A stretch of DNA of 64,000 nt from Octopus bimaculoides (lineage: Eukaryota). Below, piece by piece: positions 1 through 12,134 of the stretch. Numbering within the stretch: position 1 is the stretch's first letter; each line of letters opens with the position of its first letter. The notes under the pieces were generated by a model. It had not been told where the DNA came from, did not search any database, and worked only from the letters and a program-made list of their open reading frames with translations. Position numbers and translations under genes: made by a program. The stretch spans positions 4,611,502 to 4,675,501 of the forward strand of contig NC_068997.1 of NCBI RefSeq assembly GCF_001194135.2, written 5' to 3'.

Positions 1-1009
1 TCAGAAAAGTCAGCAAATGGGGTCAATGGATTCCTCACAAACTTTCCGAGTCTAATCACGCATAGGGAGTGAAAGTGTGCTCTTCTTGCTGTCACGTCTC
101 ACAAATGAACACAGACATATGTACATGCATGCATGTATGCGTGTGTGAATGTTTTTATATGTATGCAAGTGTATGTGTGTATATACATGTCGCTTGGGTG
201 GTCTGTGGAGATAACTGGTTGAGTTGAATGAAAATATGTTTCTTGGGCAGTGTGTAGAAGTAACTGAACAACGCCTGTAAAGATTTGACAGATATACTAC
301 TTGGATATACTACTTTGTTATTCTTTAAACACAAATTAGTTGAAACCACGTGAATGAAAGGATACTGGACATTATAGCAAACTTGGAGAAGTTCAAGATC
401 AACTTCACTCCATAACCACATTCGAAAGAAGTGCATCTGCGACAGCTTTTGGCCCGTTTGATCTTCTCGTTGTAGTGGTAGTAATGGGTCACCAATGTCA
501 CTGGCATGCTGCTGCTGATGATGATAATGTCAGCTGTGGTGGCTGGCTCAGTTCATTAATAAAAATATTTCTTGGGCTGCAAGTAGAAATAACTGAACAA
601 CACATGCGAACATTTAACAGAAGATTTTATTATCGCACCTAAATTAAAAACTGCGTTGGTCTTTTACAGTTAACAACAGCAACAATTACACACTGGGAGA
701 GATATACTGCTTGGAGATTATAATAAGCTACTGATGCAGCAACATGCGGCTTCCCCAACATAACTGGAAACAATTAAGCTATCTAAACCACGAGGTTTTA
801 GATGAGTATCACCATAATACAAGCAAAGTTGTTCATTTTCAGTCTTCCCTGAGAAATTGTCTGGCTATGGGGAAATATTACCTCGTTTAGAAACAAGTGA
901 AGGTGAATGACAAAGAAGGGCATTTGGGCCACAGAAAATCTGCTTCAACAAATTCTATAGCTGAACCATGCAAGTATAGGAAACATGAGGATGACGAGCA
1001 ACATACCAT

Positions 1010-1519
1010 CATCATCATCAACAAAAACATTTAACGTCTGTTAAGTGTTGTTGCTGGCATGGGCTGGATGGCTTGACAGCAACTGGTAAGGCCAGGTTCC
1101 ATAATCTGTTTTGGCCTTGGCTTCTATAGCTGAATGCCCGTCTTAACATCAATCAGTTTACAAAGTGTACTGGGTGCATTTTACGTGGCATCATCACCAA
1201 GGCTTTTTATGTGATACCAGCACCAGCACCTACACCAATGTCTTTTTATGTGGCACCTTAGTTCTAGGATCTCAATGTTGCGGTGGTGGGTGAGTTTTCT
1301 TGAGTACAGCAATACGTCACATATCTCGGTCTTCCGTCATCTCCTTTGTAAGGTTCAGCATTTTGAGATCAGCCTTCAATATTTCGTCCCATGTCTTCCC
1401 GAGTTTCCCTCTTCCACAATTTCTTTCCACTTTAAGTGATCAGCTTTTCTTTACACATCCACATCACATGACCAAACCAGTGCAGTTTTGCACACTGCAT
1501 ATAATTCCTCTTATGCCCA

Positions 1520-1520
<1 letters not shown>
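1010..1520 (-). mobile_element. RTE-clade LINE 3' end with (ATG)n tail
   Basis: Minus strand reads GRGKLGKTWDEILKADLKMLNLTKEMTEDRD (RTE ORF C-terminus), then the shared 3' tail seen on plus as catcatcat...tttaacgtc...catgggctggatg. Confidence 0.7.
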
Positions 1521-1557
<37 letters not shown>

Positions 1558-1622
1558 AATAAGAAAAGAAAACAAAGCCAAGGCGGTGTGAAATTTCTAA
1601 GACATTTATAAAGAGAAAGGTA

Positions 1623-1670
1623 GTCTTACAGCTGTTTCAGGGATATAAAAGATATCCCATCATCAGAGAC
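1623..1670 (-). ncRNA. Minimal type I hammerhead ribozyme motif (Penelope-like element/retrozyme type)
   Basis: Minus strand: GUCU-CUGAUGA-U-GGGAUAU-cuuuu-AUAUCCC-U-GAAA-CAGCUG-UA/AGAC. 4-bp stem I, full core, 7-bp stem II closed by U.U, palindromic stem III. Confidence 0.75.
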
Positions 1671-1950
1671 GATATGAGAAAGTTAAATAGAAGGAAATAG
1701 TAGAGTTCAATATAAGAAATTATTTTGGAAAGGGATAAGAAGTATAAAGGGAAATATGAGAATAAAAATATATGTTGGATGTTACAGTTGTAGTTCCATT
1801 ATTCAAGGAATGCGTTATGTAGAAGGGTAAAGAGGCTTCTTGTCCATGGTATGTAAATTCCGATAGGAGTTAACATTTTGCTATTACTAATGGATAGTGT
1901 GCAGATATTAATTCCATGTGCTGTTCATTCAAAGGGATCTTTACAATATA

Positions 1951-2157
1951 AAATAAATTCACTGATCTACAAAATTAGAAATATTGCATTTCTAAATCTC
2001 TCAGGGAGTCATATACAGTGACAGCACAATAAAGTGATAGCTTGTTGCCAACTTAATGTGGCAGTCCCAGTCATTTTATCGTGCTGCTACTGTATAAGTC
2101 TCTCTGAGAGATTTAGAAATGTAATATTTCTATTTTTGTAAATCAGTGAATTTATTT
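1951..2157. repeat. Foldback inverted repeat, arms about 87 bp
   Basis: aaataaattcactgatctacaaaattagaaatattgcatttctaaatctctcag (1951 onward) is the imperfect reverse complement of the 2071-2157 arm. Confidence 0.85.
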
Positions 2158-2429
2158 CACTTGAAATTCTATGTTTTCAAAAGTGAATAAGCATCGGCAG
2201 CTCGCAAGCCACGGCCTTTTCTTCGTCATTTTTGGATATTCTCTGTTACCAATGTTGTGTGAGTTCGTTCCTGTATAACGTTGTATGTTACATTTTGTGT
2301 TTAATTTTTCTACTGTAATTTGAACTGCTGTTCGTTTTGGAACTGTAATTTTCGCCCTTCAAGGCAGAAAATTATGTTGGAATTTTTATACCTGGTGGAG
2401 AGGTGAATGGCACCAATATGGAATAAAAA

Positions 2430-3161
2430 GTGCAGTTTCAAGCGGCTGATGTAGCAAAAGAAGTGTCAACAAAGACACTAAAAAATGACGAAATTATGCT
2501 GCTACCCACATATTTGGGCCACAGAACGGCAAAAGTGACGGTAGAAAATATACCAGCTGATTATGAAATGATGTGGGTAGCAGTGGTAGTTATATATGAC
2601 TATGAAGAGGTATCCATCCTGCGAATGAAGAGGACGGATGCCGTGAACTGGCGAGGCCAGACGCTCGAGATGGTAATTCAAGCGGCGAACCAAACTCTGG
2701 AAGATTTACCCAATAGAGTGTTTGTGGAGGAGGGGCTGACAATGCAAGTGGCTGTGGAGGGACGTAGGCCCCGATGCTTTAAGTGTGGAGAGAAGAGCCA
2801 CATCCACTCCAAGTGTACCAAAAAGAAAAATGAGAATGAGGTCCCTCCCCAAAAAGCTGCGAAGGAAACATCAGCAGACAGACCAGAAAGGGCAGCAGAA
2901 GAGAAGGAGAGAACAACGGAAGAAAAGAACCAAACTACCGAGGCGATGGAGTTTACAATGGTGACTCATAAGTGTAAGAAGGCACAAGTCCCTGGTTCCC
3001 CCCAACCACCAAACAAAAAAAAACACAAAACACGCAGACACACAAAACCAAACTCCCCAGCCCAAGCCCACAGCAAGGCCATTTGCCAAATCCTTCCCCA
3101 AACTACAAGTAAAAACTATAGAGTTCCGGGAAAAGAACGAGTCATTGGTGAGAGTCATTAG
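2430..3161 (+). mobile_element. Tx1/L1-like LINE ORF1 with CCHC zinc knuckle
   Basis: ORF contains RPRCFKCGEKSHIHSKC (CX2CX4HX4C) followed by a Lys/Glu/Pro-rich tail, directly upstream of an APE endonuclease. Confidence 0.75.
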
Positions 3162-3455
3162 AGCACACCATGACGACACGAGTATTTAGAGCAATGAAAG
3201 AAACACAGAAACAGTTGGGAATGCAAAAGTAAACAAGAAACTGTTTACAGATATGAAGGTGAGGTATCCGGAAGACATAAGAAACATAACCGCCGAAGTG
3301 GCAGAAAGTAAACATATTATAAGCCCGACTGCCACAGGCAGGAAAAGCCCAGCGATGACACCTAATAAAGAAAAGGATGGGGAGGTAGGCGAATTTGTAC
3401 AGCCCCTCCCCAAACTGAAAATATGAGTAATCTCTTTCCTTTTATTTTTTCAAAA

Positions 3456-3960
3456 ATGATTAAGTTGGGATGCATAAATGTGCATGGACTGGGGTCGAAA
3501 TGGAAACAGGCTTGTTTTCTGGACGACCTCAGGGCACGTGATATAGATATAGCAATCACAACTGAGTCCAAGATGAGTGGATTACAAGCATTCTCTCCTC
3601 TTCTGAATGACTATGAGAAAATTATTTCTCCTAGCCGACGAGGAATGGGGGGGGGCGGTACTGTCTTTCTGGACCCAGAAGGTAGGCTGGTCGTCTTGGA
3701 TGTGACTCACGAAAGTAAACAGTCCTTCAGGTTAGGAGCTGTGTACTCACCTAACGAGCATGGACAGTCGGGTTTTTATCAAGACCTGGAGCACTTTCTA
3801 GTGACGTCTAAAATGGTAGTTCTGTTAGGAGACTTTAATACTATACTCGATGCATGGGTGGATAGTGTTGGCTCGACTGATAGGAAAGGAAATCCTGGCC
3901 TCAAGGATCTACTAAAGAGCTATAATCTAGTAGACCGTTACAGACTGGATGAGCCGTTCG
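3456..3960 (+). mobile_element. LINE ORF2 APE endonuclease, truncated (Tx1/L1-like)
   Basis: MIKLGCINVHGL...DIAITTESK...FLDPEGRLVVLD...RLGAVYSPN...VLLGDFN...DRYRL. Ends at a GTG microsatellite with no RT. Confidence 0.85.
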
Positions 3961-5189
3961 TTGTGATAGTAGTTGTTGTGGTGGTGGTGGTAGTGGTGGT
4001 GGTGGTCATGGTGGTGACAGGAGGCAGGAGAGTAGGGTAAAAGGTAAGGGTGGTGAGGATTTGAGTGTTACACCAGGTGACACATTTAAGTGTCAATTGC
4101 AATTCAAGAACAAATGCAGTTTATTCAGCAAGCTTCCATACAGTTTCCATCTCCCCAATTTCGTTCACAATGTTTGAGTCTTCTAAAGGCTATTGCAGTA
4201 GACATGTCCCCAGTGACAGCAGTGAGACTGAACCCAGAACCATGTATTCGCAGAGCAACTTTCTAAACTTCACAACCAAGCTTGCTTTCATATCTAATAA
4301 GTCTATCTTCTCCTTTATGACAATGAAATGTGATTCAACGAAGATTTAGGGGTTATTTCTGGCAAGTCGATCAACCACTTAGTTTTGTCCTTTACCAGGC
4401 AACAGGCAGATTATTTATCATTGATTCTTTTTTTATTTATATTAATAGATCAATATTAATAGAAATACAGTGATTGATTAGTACCAGTGCTGGTGGTCAT
4501 ATTTGGATAAATAACAGATAAATAGAGACAAGTGAACCAGTTTCAGTAATACTGCTTTGTTTGTTGTCATATTGTGAAATGTATGTGGTGTGTGTGTGTG
4601 TGTGTGTTCGTATACATGCATGTTATGTGTAAGGGTGTATGGGGGTAATGTGTGTGTAGGTGAGTATGTGAATATGAGAGTGGATTTATATGTGTGTTGT
4701 GTATAGGGTGTACATAGGAGATACTGTTGAAGTGGATTTGTGGATATGTGTGTGAGTGTATCCTGTGTGTGTTGTGTATTGTGTGTGTGTGTATGTGTGT
4801 GTGCATGGGTAATGTGTATATATATATATTTATATATGATTAAAGTCAGTTCAACAATGAATTGCTTGTTAATGGATTGGAAAGTAAAGATGATTTTGTT
4901 TTTAACCCAGTTGAGGATCTGTACCTTATACTAAAGCTATCACATAAATATCTCTTCTCAGTTAAATGCAATTCAGAATCATGACAACTAAAAGTGTGTA
5001 TAGATATGTGTCTCTTCAGACTAAACTACCAAAATGAAAGCATATCATATATTGCTTAATTTGGAGACATATGGCCTCTTATGTGACAAAAATTGTTTTG
5101 GTTCATGAACCATTGAATGGTACATGCACAAAAAACAGACATTGATGAAAACTCTATCTGACAAACTAGAAACTTTTGAAATATGAAGA

Positions 5190-5655
5190 AGCACAGGCAT
5201 AGCTGTGTAGTAAGAAGCTTGCTTCCCAACCACATGGTTCCAAGTTCAGTCCCACTGTGTGGCACCTTGGGCAGGTGTCTTCTACTATAGCCTTGAACCA
5301 ACCAAAGCCTTGTAAGTGGATTTGGTAGAAGGAAACTGAAAGAAGCCCATCGTGGTTTTCAATTATATATATATATATATGAGTGTGCATGTGTGTGTGT
5401 GTGTGTGTGTGTGTGCGCGTGTATCTTAGCGTCTGTGTTTGTCCCCACTCTACCATCAACTGACAGCTGTTGTTGGTGTGTTTACGTCCCCTTAACCTAG
5501 TGGCTCAGCAAAAGAGATAGATAGAATAAGTACTAGGCTTGCAAGGAATAAGTCCTGGGGTCCATTTCTTTGACTAAAACCCTTTAAGGTGGTGCTCCAG
5601 CATGGCCGCAGTCAAATGACTGAAACAAGTAAAAGAATAAGAGAATATAAAAGAA
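5190..5655 (+). mobile_element. tRNA-derived SINE family A (octopus OK/OR-like), full length
   Basis: Head gctgtgtagtaagaagcttgcttcccaaccacatggttccaagttcagtccc (A/B-box-like), internal TA/TG microsatellite, tail gactgaaacaagtaaaaga. More than 12 copies in the window. Confidence 0.85.
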
Positions 5656-5782
5656 TGTTAAGAATACCTTGCACAAAGCATAAGTCTAATTAAGAAGTAT
5701 AATTAAGAAGTCTAATTAAGAAGTATTACAAGTAGCAAATACAAAACGATCACTGCTTCCAACTATTAAAAAAGGCAACATG

Positions 5783-6085
5783 TGGTTGTATAAGTGCAAG
5801 GTATAATGCATTTGGTTGTGTAAGAGTGCAAAGTATAATGCATTTGGTTGTGTAAGAGTGCAAGGTATAATGCATTTGGTTGTGTAAGAGTGCAAAGTAT
5901 AATGCATTTGGTTGTGTAAGAGTGCAAAGTATAANNNNNNNNNNCAAAGTATAATGCATTTGGTTGTGTAAGAGTGCAAAGTATAATGCATTTGGTTGTG
6001 TAAGAGTGCAAAGTATAATGCATTTGGTTGTGTAAGAGTGCAAAGTATAATGCATTTGGTTGTGTAAGAGTGCAAAGTATAATGC
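5783..6085. repeat. 32-bp minisatellite spanning a small gap
   Basis: Unit gcaaagtataatgcatttggttgtgtaagagt repeated about 9 times. Confidence 0.95.
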
Positions 6086-6399
6086 AAAGACTGTTACTAG
6101 AAGGAGAGATAAATGGCAAACACACAAGAGGATGACTTAGAACAAATCGATTCAATAACACCAAAGACTGGACTAAACTATTATACAGAAGATGTGTAAG
6201 AATGACAGAGAAAAGACCAAAATGGAGATCTTTGATATCCAATCGGTTGAAAGCAAAGCTTTACATTGACAAACTCAGTTACAAGTAGAACTTTTACTGA
6301 TTGTTGATATCTAAGGTGTTTTTTCTTTCTTTTTCCTTCTTGAGTCTTGTTTCAGTTCTGCGCCTTTTCAAATGGGATGGACATAACAAATGTAATTTT

Positions 6400-7040
6400 T
6401 CTTCCATGGTGCACTGCCAATGCAACTATTTTCTTTCCATGAAAATATTGCCATTTTCTAGTCATAATTAAGGTAGAGTTGTTTTTTGTTTTTGTGTTTG
6501 TTTTTTTGTATTTTATCTTTGGCTTTTAATGAGGCTCTTTCCGTTGATATATTTCTCCATAGTGAATTCTCTCTTGTCCTGTACAAACAACACGTCCTGC
6601 TCAGCCACTTCAGCCTGCTCCATCACAAGACAGCCTCTATAAAGACAACATTTGCTAACTCCAAGACCTCAACATCACTCATATAGTCTCTCCAAAGTAT
6701 AAAACTTGTCAAAAACACTTTTGCTGAAAAAAAATTCCAACTGTTTCAGTTGTTTTGAATATATAATTTCCATGTTGTGCAACCATTCAAAAAAAGAAGT
6801 TTGGAAAAATCAATATTTTAGTGTCATTTATTTGTATATGGCCGAGACTGTAGTGAAGATTGTAATCTTCCAAAGGATATCCACGATTTCTGAATTCTAT
6901 TTGCAATTTCATTATCAAGATTTTCGTTCTTGATTCACATGGTACCATGTTGATATTTGAAAGAGATATATTATTCAATGTTTTATGATTTAGAATACTC
7001 TCAAGAATCTTCAGGACAGGGCTGATAACGAAGAACAATT
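6400..7040 (-). mobile_element. Possible Penelope-like RT C-terminal remnant
   Basis: KLQIEFRNRGYP resembles the NGYP/RGYP motif after the PLE RT. The rest is decayed. Confidence 0.3.
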
Positions 7041-7986
7041 TTATTATGATTTATTGCCAGGCCTAATGTGTCATGTGCCAAAGAAACTCTTAAGAAATTA
7101 AAGACATTTTTTGCATTATCTGTGACAATATCACTGTCATCAGCATCGTAAGAGGTGTCTTAGCGTTACAAAAGTGTGTGATTTAAAATTAATCCATTTA
7201 AGTTCAAATAACTTGTTAGTTGTGTGACAACATATTTAACTAACCTCAGATTAGATATTCTTTTTTATATCTCTTGTTTTAGTCATTCGACTGTGGACAT
7301 GCTGGGGCACCACCTTGAAAAAATTTTTTTAGTTGAATGAATTCACCCTAGTACTTATTTTTTGTTTTGTTAAGTCTGATACTGATTCCATTGGTTTCTT
7401 TGGCTGAAACGCTAAGTTACAGGATACAAACATACCAACACCAGTTCATTATTATTGTTACTATTAGAGTATTAATAACTCCTCTGGAAAGAACTTCCAC
7501 ATAGACCCATCCACCCCCATACAGAACTGACCCGCACGCACCCAGCAAATTTAAAAATATAAACAGCTTTCAAAACGCAACGAATAACGTTGGTGCCAGG
7601 GACCATGTACGTATGGGATTGTCTGTGTATACATATATGTATGTATGTACATATGTGTGAGGGGATAGATATATATATATATATATATGTATATTTCCCC
7701 CTCATATGTGGTGGCAGTGACTGTTGACGTACATCTGGACACACATATGTACTCATCTATATATGCTTTTGTATCCATAGATATCTACATATGGTTATGT
7801 ACACAGGCACAGGCATGTATATTGGTGTGTTTAAAACTATTTTTATATGGTCTTATATATTGTTTGTAGGTTTTTATGTGCCTTATATTTTTATATTTTC
7901 ATTTTTCATTTATTTTTATTTTTACTTTATTGTTATTTTTATTTTTATTTTTTTATTTTTTATTTTATACTTGTATTGAATTTTGT

Positions 7987-8122
7987 GAATCTCTGAAGAG
8001 GCCTAGTGAATCATGCATGCACCCCCATTACATCATTTTCATCTGCTAATTACTCCGGCACACAGGAGCTATACAGATAGAATGGGGCATGCCAACGCTA
8101 GGCCGAAACAGCTGTAAGTTTC
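7987..8122 (+). ncRNA. Type I hammerhead ribozyme motif with extended stem II
   Basis: GAAUCU-CUGAAGA(7993-7999)-GGCCUAG...CUAGGCC-GAAA(8105-8108)-CAGCUG-UA/AGUUUC. Canonical G10.1-C11.1 pair; the ~90-nt insert has further pairings. Confidence 0.75.
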
Positions 8123-8344
8123 TGTATATTCTCCAATTGCTAAATGTACTTTATATTTGTAACCTTAATTGTAAATATGACATGGTATGTCATAAGCGTC
8201 TGTATATTGTGGCTTTTGTCATTTTAGTTGCAAAATAAACAAATTAATTCAATGGAATACACTGTCTGCAAGTGGATGGATACTGCATATTCTCCTCCAT
8301 TTTCTTATTGCTATATATATATATATCAGCAGCAGCAGCATTAA

Positions 8345-8660
8345 TATCATCACCATCGTTTAATGTCTGCCTTCCATGCTGGCATGGGTTGGACAGTTTA
8401 ACAGGAGCTGGTCAGGTAGAAGACTGCCCCAGACTTCTGCGCCTGTTTTGGCATGGTTTTTATGGCTGGATGCTCCTCCTAACACCAACCACCCTGTGGA
8501 GTGGGCTGAGTGCTTTTTACATGTTATCAGCACAAGCAAGGTCAGTTTTGGCAAGATTTGGAAGAGGTGATCTTGTGTTAGATGATGGAAAGTTAGAGTG
8601 TGACAGAGAGAAAGAAACAGATATCTTGTAGAGGAGGTACAGCAAGACACCTGTTTCTGT
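8345..8660 (-). mobile_element. RTE-tail SINE/LINE 3' fragment
   Basis: Same catcgtttaatgtctgccttccatgctggcatgggttggac motif as at 1010, 18028, 37728, 38368 and 55075. Confidence 0.7.
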
Positions 8661-8838
8661 CTTTTATATATATANNNNNNNNNNNNNNNNNNNNNNNNNN
8701 NNNNNNNNNNNNNNNNNNNNNNNNNNNNNNNNNNNNNNNNNNNNNNNNNNNNNNNNNNNNNNNNNNNNNNNNNNNNNNNNNNNNNNNNNNNNNNNNNNNN
8801 NNNNNNNNNNNNNNNNNNNNNNTATATATATATATATA

Positions 8839-9790
8839 TCAGGTTGAGTAAAAAGTAAGCAACGTTTTGAACCATAAAGAATTTGTACTGGATTTTTGCT
8901 GAATTTTGAATTTTTTAAACATTTTTTTGCAATTCTCTGATAATACAGACATAGACTTTCCCAATGTATCAATAAATTAACATTGATATTTTTTTCACAC
9001 AGTCTAAAATGGAGCTGTCAAAGTGCAATATTCAAGCAATTTTGCTATTCAAAATCAAAAAAGGATGTAAAGTAGCTGAAACTGCTCGCGCTATCAACGA
9101 AATGTTTGATGAGGATCTGACCAGTGAGTGGTCAGCTTGAAAATGGTTTAAACGATATTGCAGTGGAGACCTGAGCCTTGATGATAGTGGAAGCCCATGT
9201 GTCATCGATGACGGTCAATTAAAGACTGTCATTGAGAAAGATCCACGTAAAACCACTCAAGAGCTGGTAAAAGAACTTCAAGTTAGCCAGAAATCTACCT
9301 GTAACCATTTGCATGCGATTGGAAAATTGAAAAAGCTCGACAAATGAATACCACACAAACTGAATGAAAATCAGAAAATGCGCAGATATGAAATTTTCTC
9401 GTCACTTCTTCTCAGACAAATCCATTTCTCAACTGTATTGTAACCTGCGATGAAAAGTGTATTCTGTACAATAATAAAAAGCATTCTTCACAGTGGTTGG
9501 ACCATAATGAAGCACTGAAAACCTTTCCTAAACCCGAGCTCTTCAAAAAGAAGATTATGGTGACTGTTTGGTAGTGTACTGCTGGACTTATCCACTATAA
9601 CTTCTTAACCCAGAAAAATCATTACTGCAGAAACATACTGCCGTGAACTTGCCAAAATGAACAAGAAACTGCTACTCCTCCGTCCCAGACTGGTCAACAG
9701 AAGAGGACCAATCATTCTTCATGACAATGCTCGACCACATGTTTCACTAATGCCACACCAGAAGTTGAGGGAAGTTGAGGGAAGTTGAGT
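8839..9790 (+). mobile_element. Mariner transposon, decayed and 3'-truncated
   Basis: TIR-like tcaggttgagtaaaaagtaa after TA. ATG at 9009 reads MELSKCN...KWFKR...IPHKL...VTCDEK...KIMVTVW...LHDNARPH with stops and frameshifts. Confidence 0.9.
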
Positions 9791-10389
9791 CAGTCCCAAT
9801 ATTTAGCTATATATACTTTATTTTGTTGACCTCAGAAGGATATAAAGTAAAATCATCTTCAGCAGGGTTTGAACACATAATGCAAAGAGTTGGAACGAAT
9901 ACTGTAGGATATCTGTCCAACATTCTAGAGTCTACCAGTCGACCTCCCTAACGTTGCTATGGCAGCATAGTGGAGATATCATTGTTAAGGTATCTCTCAC
10001 ATTTAATTGCCTTCTCTTTGTTTTCTTTTGTTTTTTTTGTGCTGTCTTTTTATTGATCTGTTGTTTCGTGATTAGAAGTCAACATGGCTCATGTGAAATA
10101 ACTACTGTTTTGATCAAATATATTTGTTGTATTTGTGATAGATATCACAAAGTGTTCAATTAATATCGTGCTTTCGATTCTGATGTATGTATGTATGTAT
10201 GTACGTATGTATGTATGCATGTATGTACGTATGTATGTATGTATGAATGTATGCATGCATGCTTGCAAAGCAAAGTTACAAGAGAAAGTAACTTGTTTTG
10301 TTCGTCATCCTTTAAATCTTAAGAAGGTTTTCCAGATATGAAAAGTCCCAAATATTGCAATCGTTTATAGTGTATGAATTGAGAATTTG

Positions 10390-10560
10390 TGTTCTCTCCC
10401 CAAGAACCTAAGTTCAGCCACACTTTGCTTCAGATGGTTTTGGTATGTGTCCAGCTGCTCCAATAACAATGGGTACGAAGCTAAAAGTGTACCTGTGAAT
10501 CAGGTACAGCAACTCCAGACAATAGTTACGGGGTATATTATGACCTCTCCCTTACTTCCC
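10390..10560 (-). mobile_element. R4/REL-type LINE C-terminal remnant
   Basis: YTFSFVPIVIGAAGHIPK resembles KYTFSFITIIFRAA of the 42.4 kb copy. Confidence 0.55.
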
Positions 10561-11044
10561 ACTGTTCTAAGCCTACTAAAATAAAATATTACCTACACCC
10601 CCACTCCAGTCTACCTTTGAACTAGTCAAGCAGAATCCTATCTCACCCGGGTCACTGACCTTAGATATCATATTACACACTTTCTAGAACTATATTCATA
10701 TTCCTAACAGTCAACTCAGTTGGTCATTCTCCCATTTCCTAGTTGGCCTCAACAGACTTCAGCCACATCCCTGCTGTATTCCTGGGATATTCTTTTGTTT
10801 GTAAAATTACTTCTCAGCTAATGATTATGGTCTTTTGTAATGGAGTAATGTTCTAATTCTTTTATTAAAAAAATACCTAAGAAACAGTTGTAATGAGCTG
10901 ACAATTATCCATCGTATGTTATTATTCATTTGATTATAATTCGCCAAGGGAATTTACAACTTATCGGACACCCTAGAGTATACCAACAACATACTATTCA
11001 AAGTAACGTGTGATTTGGATCAGCCCCCTAAGCGCTAAATACGC

Positions 11045-11640
11045 ATAGGGTTGGTTTTCTCTGTGTACACAACTGAAATATCCTGTACATGGCCTGTACA
11101 GCTTTCACAAGCCACTTGTCTAGTCCTTAGCTTCTTCAGAGCCTACACAGTGAGGTACTCTGTCAATGACTTTCTCAAAGTCAACAAATGCCAAGTACAA
11201 TGGTTTATTCTTAACCAAATAAATTCTGTAGTTGTCTGACTATAAAGATAGCATCAGTAATGCTTCTCCTTGGCACGAAGCCAAACTGCATTTCAACCAA
11301 TCTGATTCTGTTTCTAATTGGTTGGGCTATTACTCTTTCCATAACTTTCATGAGCTAGTCCAGCAATTTGATGCCTCTGTAATTACTTCTATATAATGCT
11401 GCTCTCTTACTCTTGTAGCCACTGACTATAATACTGCTACACCAGTCACTGGGGGTGAAATCTTCCTGAATAACCTGATGGGTGAATATACTGTGTCCTA
11501 CTCTGCCAGATATTTTAAGCATCTCAGCAGTAACTTCCAATGGATCAGGGGCTTTCCCTGCCTTCATATCCTTAATCCCCTTGTCAACATGAATAGCCAG
11601 TCCCACTGCTGGGTTCACATAGGGAAGATTCCCTTTCTCC
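11045..11640 (-). mobile_element. RTE-clade reverse transcriptase fragment
   Basis: KAPDPLEVTAEMLK...PSDWCSSIIV...NYRGIKLLD...MQFGFVPRRSITDAIFIVRQ. Confidence 0.9.
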
Positions 11641-11689
11641 CATTAATTCTCTACATTTAATACCCTTTCAGAGTAGCACTTTCATGCCT

Positions 11690-12042
11690 CTTTTTTTCTT
11701 TCAGTCACTGAGTGCAAGCATACCATTATCCATTCATATACACTTCTCTCCCATAACATCCAGCTGGAGAAACCATGCCAAAGCAGACACAAAAATGAAT
11801 GTATGTATGTATGTATGTATGTATGTATGCATGTATGTATGTATGTATGTGCATGCGTGCATACGTGTGCGTGTGTGTGTGTGTGCATATGTATGTATGT
11901 ATGTATGCATGTCCTTTTCCGTGCTGGCATGAGTTGGGCAGTTTGACAGGATCTGGCAAGCTGCAAGATAGTGTTGAGCTCCAATGCTTCTTTTGGCAAG
12001 GTTCCTATGGCTGGATACCTTTCCTAATACCAACCTGCTCAC

Positions 12043-12045
<3 letters not shown>
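11690..12045 (+). mobile_element. RTE-tail SINE/LINE fragments around a TATG/TG microsatellite
   Basis: catccagctggagaaaccatgccaaagcagac and ggctggatacctttcctaataccaacc motifs. Confidence 0.55.
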
Positions 12046-12098
<53 letters not shown>

Positions 12099-12134
12099 TA
12101 ATAATAATAATGATAATAATAATAATGATAATAA

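Noticed and set aside
2196-2225. cggccttttc resemblance to U2 snRNA (a known Tx1 target)
   Set aside because: Only ~9 nt match; the rest of U2 is absent
5190-5270. SINE heads as tRNA genes
   Set aside because: A/B-box-like motifs only, no cloverleaf; they continue into SINE bodies
5783-6085. Minisatellite as a CRISPR array
   Set aside because: Contiguous units with no unique spacers; eukaryotic context
10405-10503. 99-nt open AG/GT-bounded plus-strand exon candidate
   Set aside because: The minus strand is better explained as an R4/REL LINE remnant
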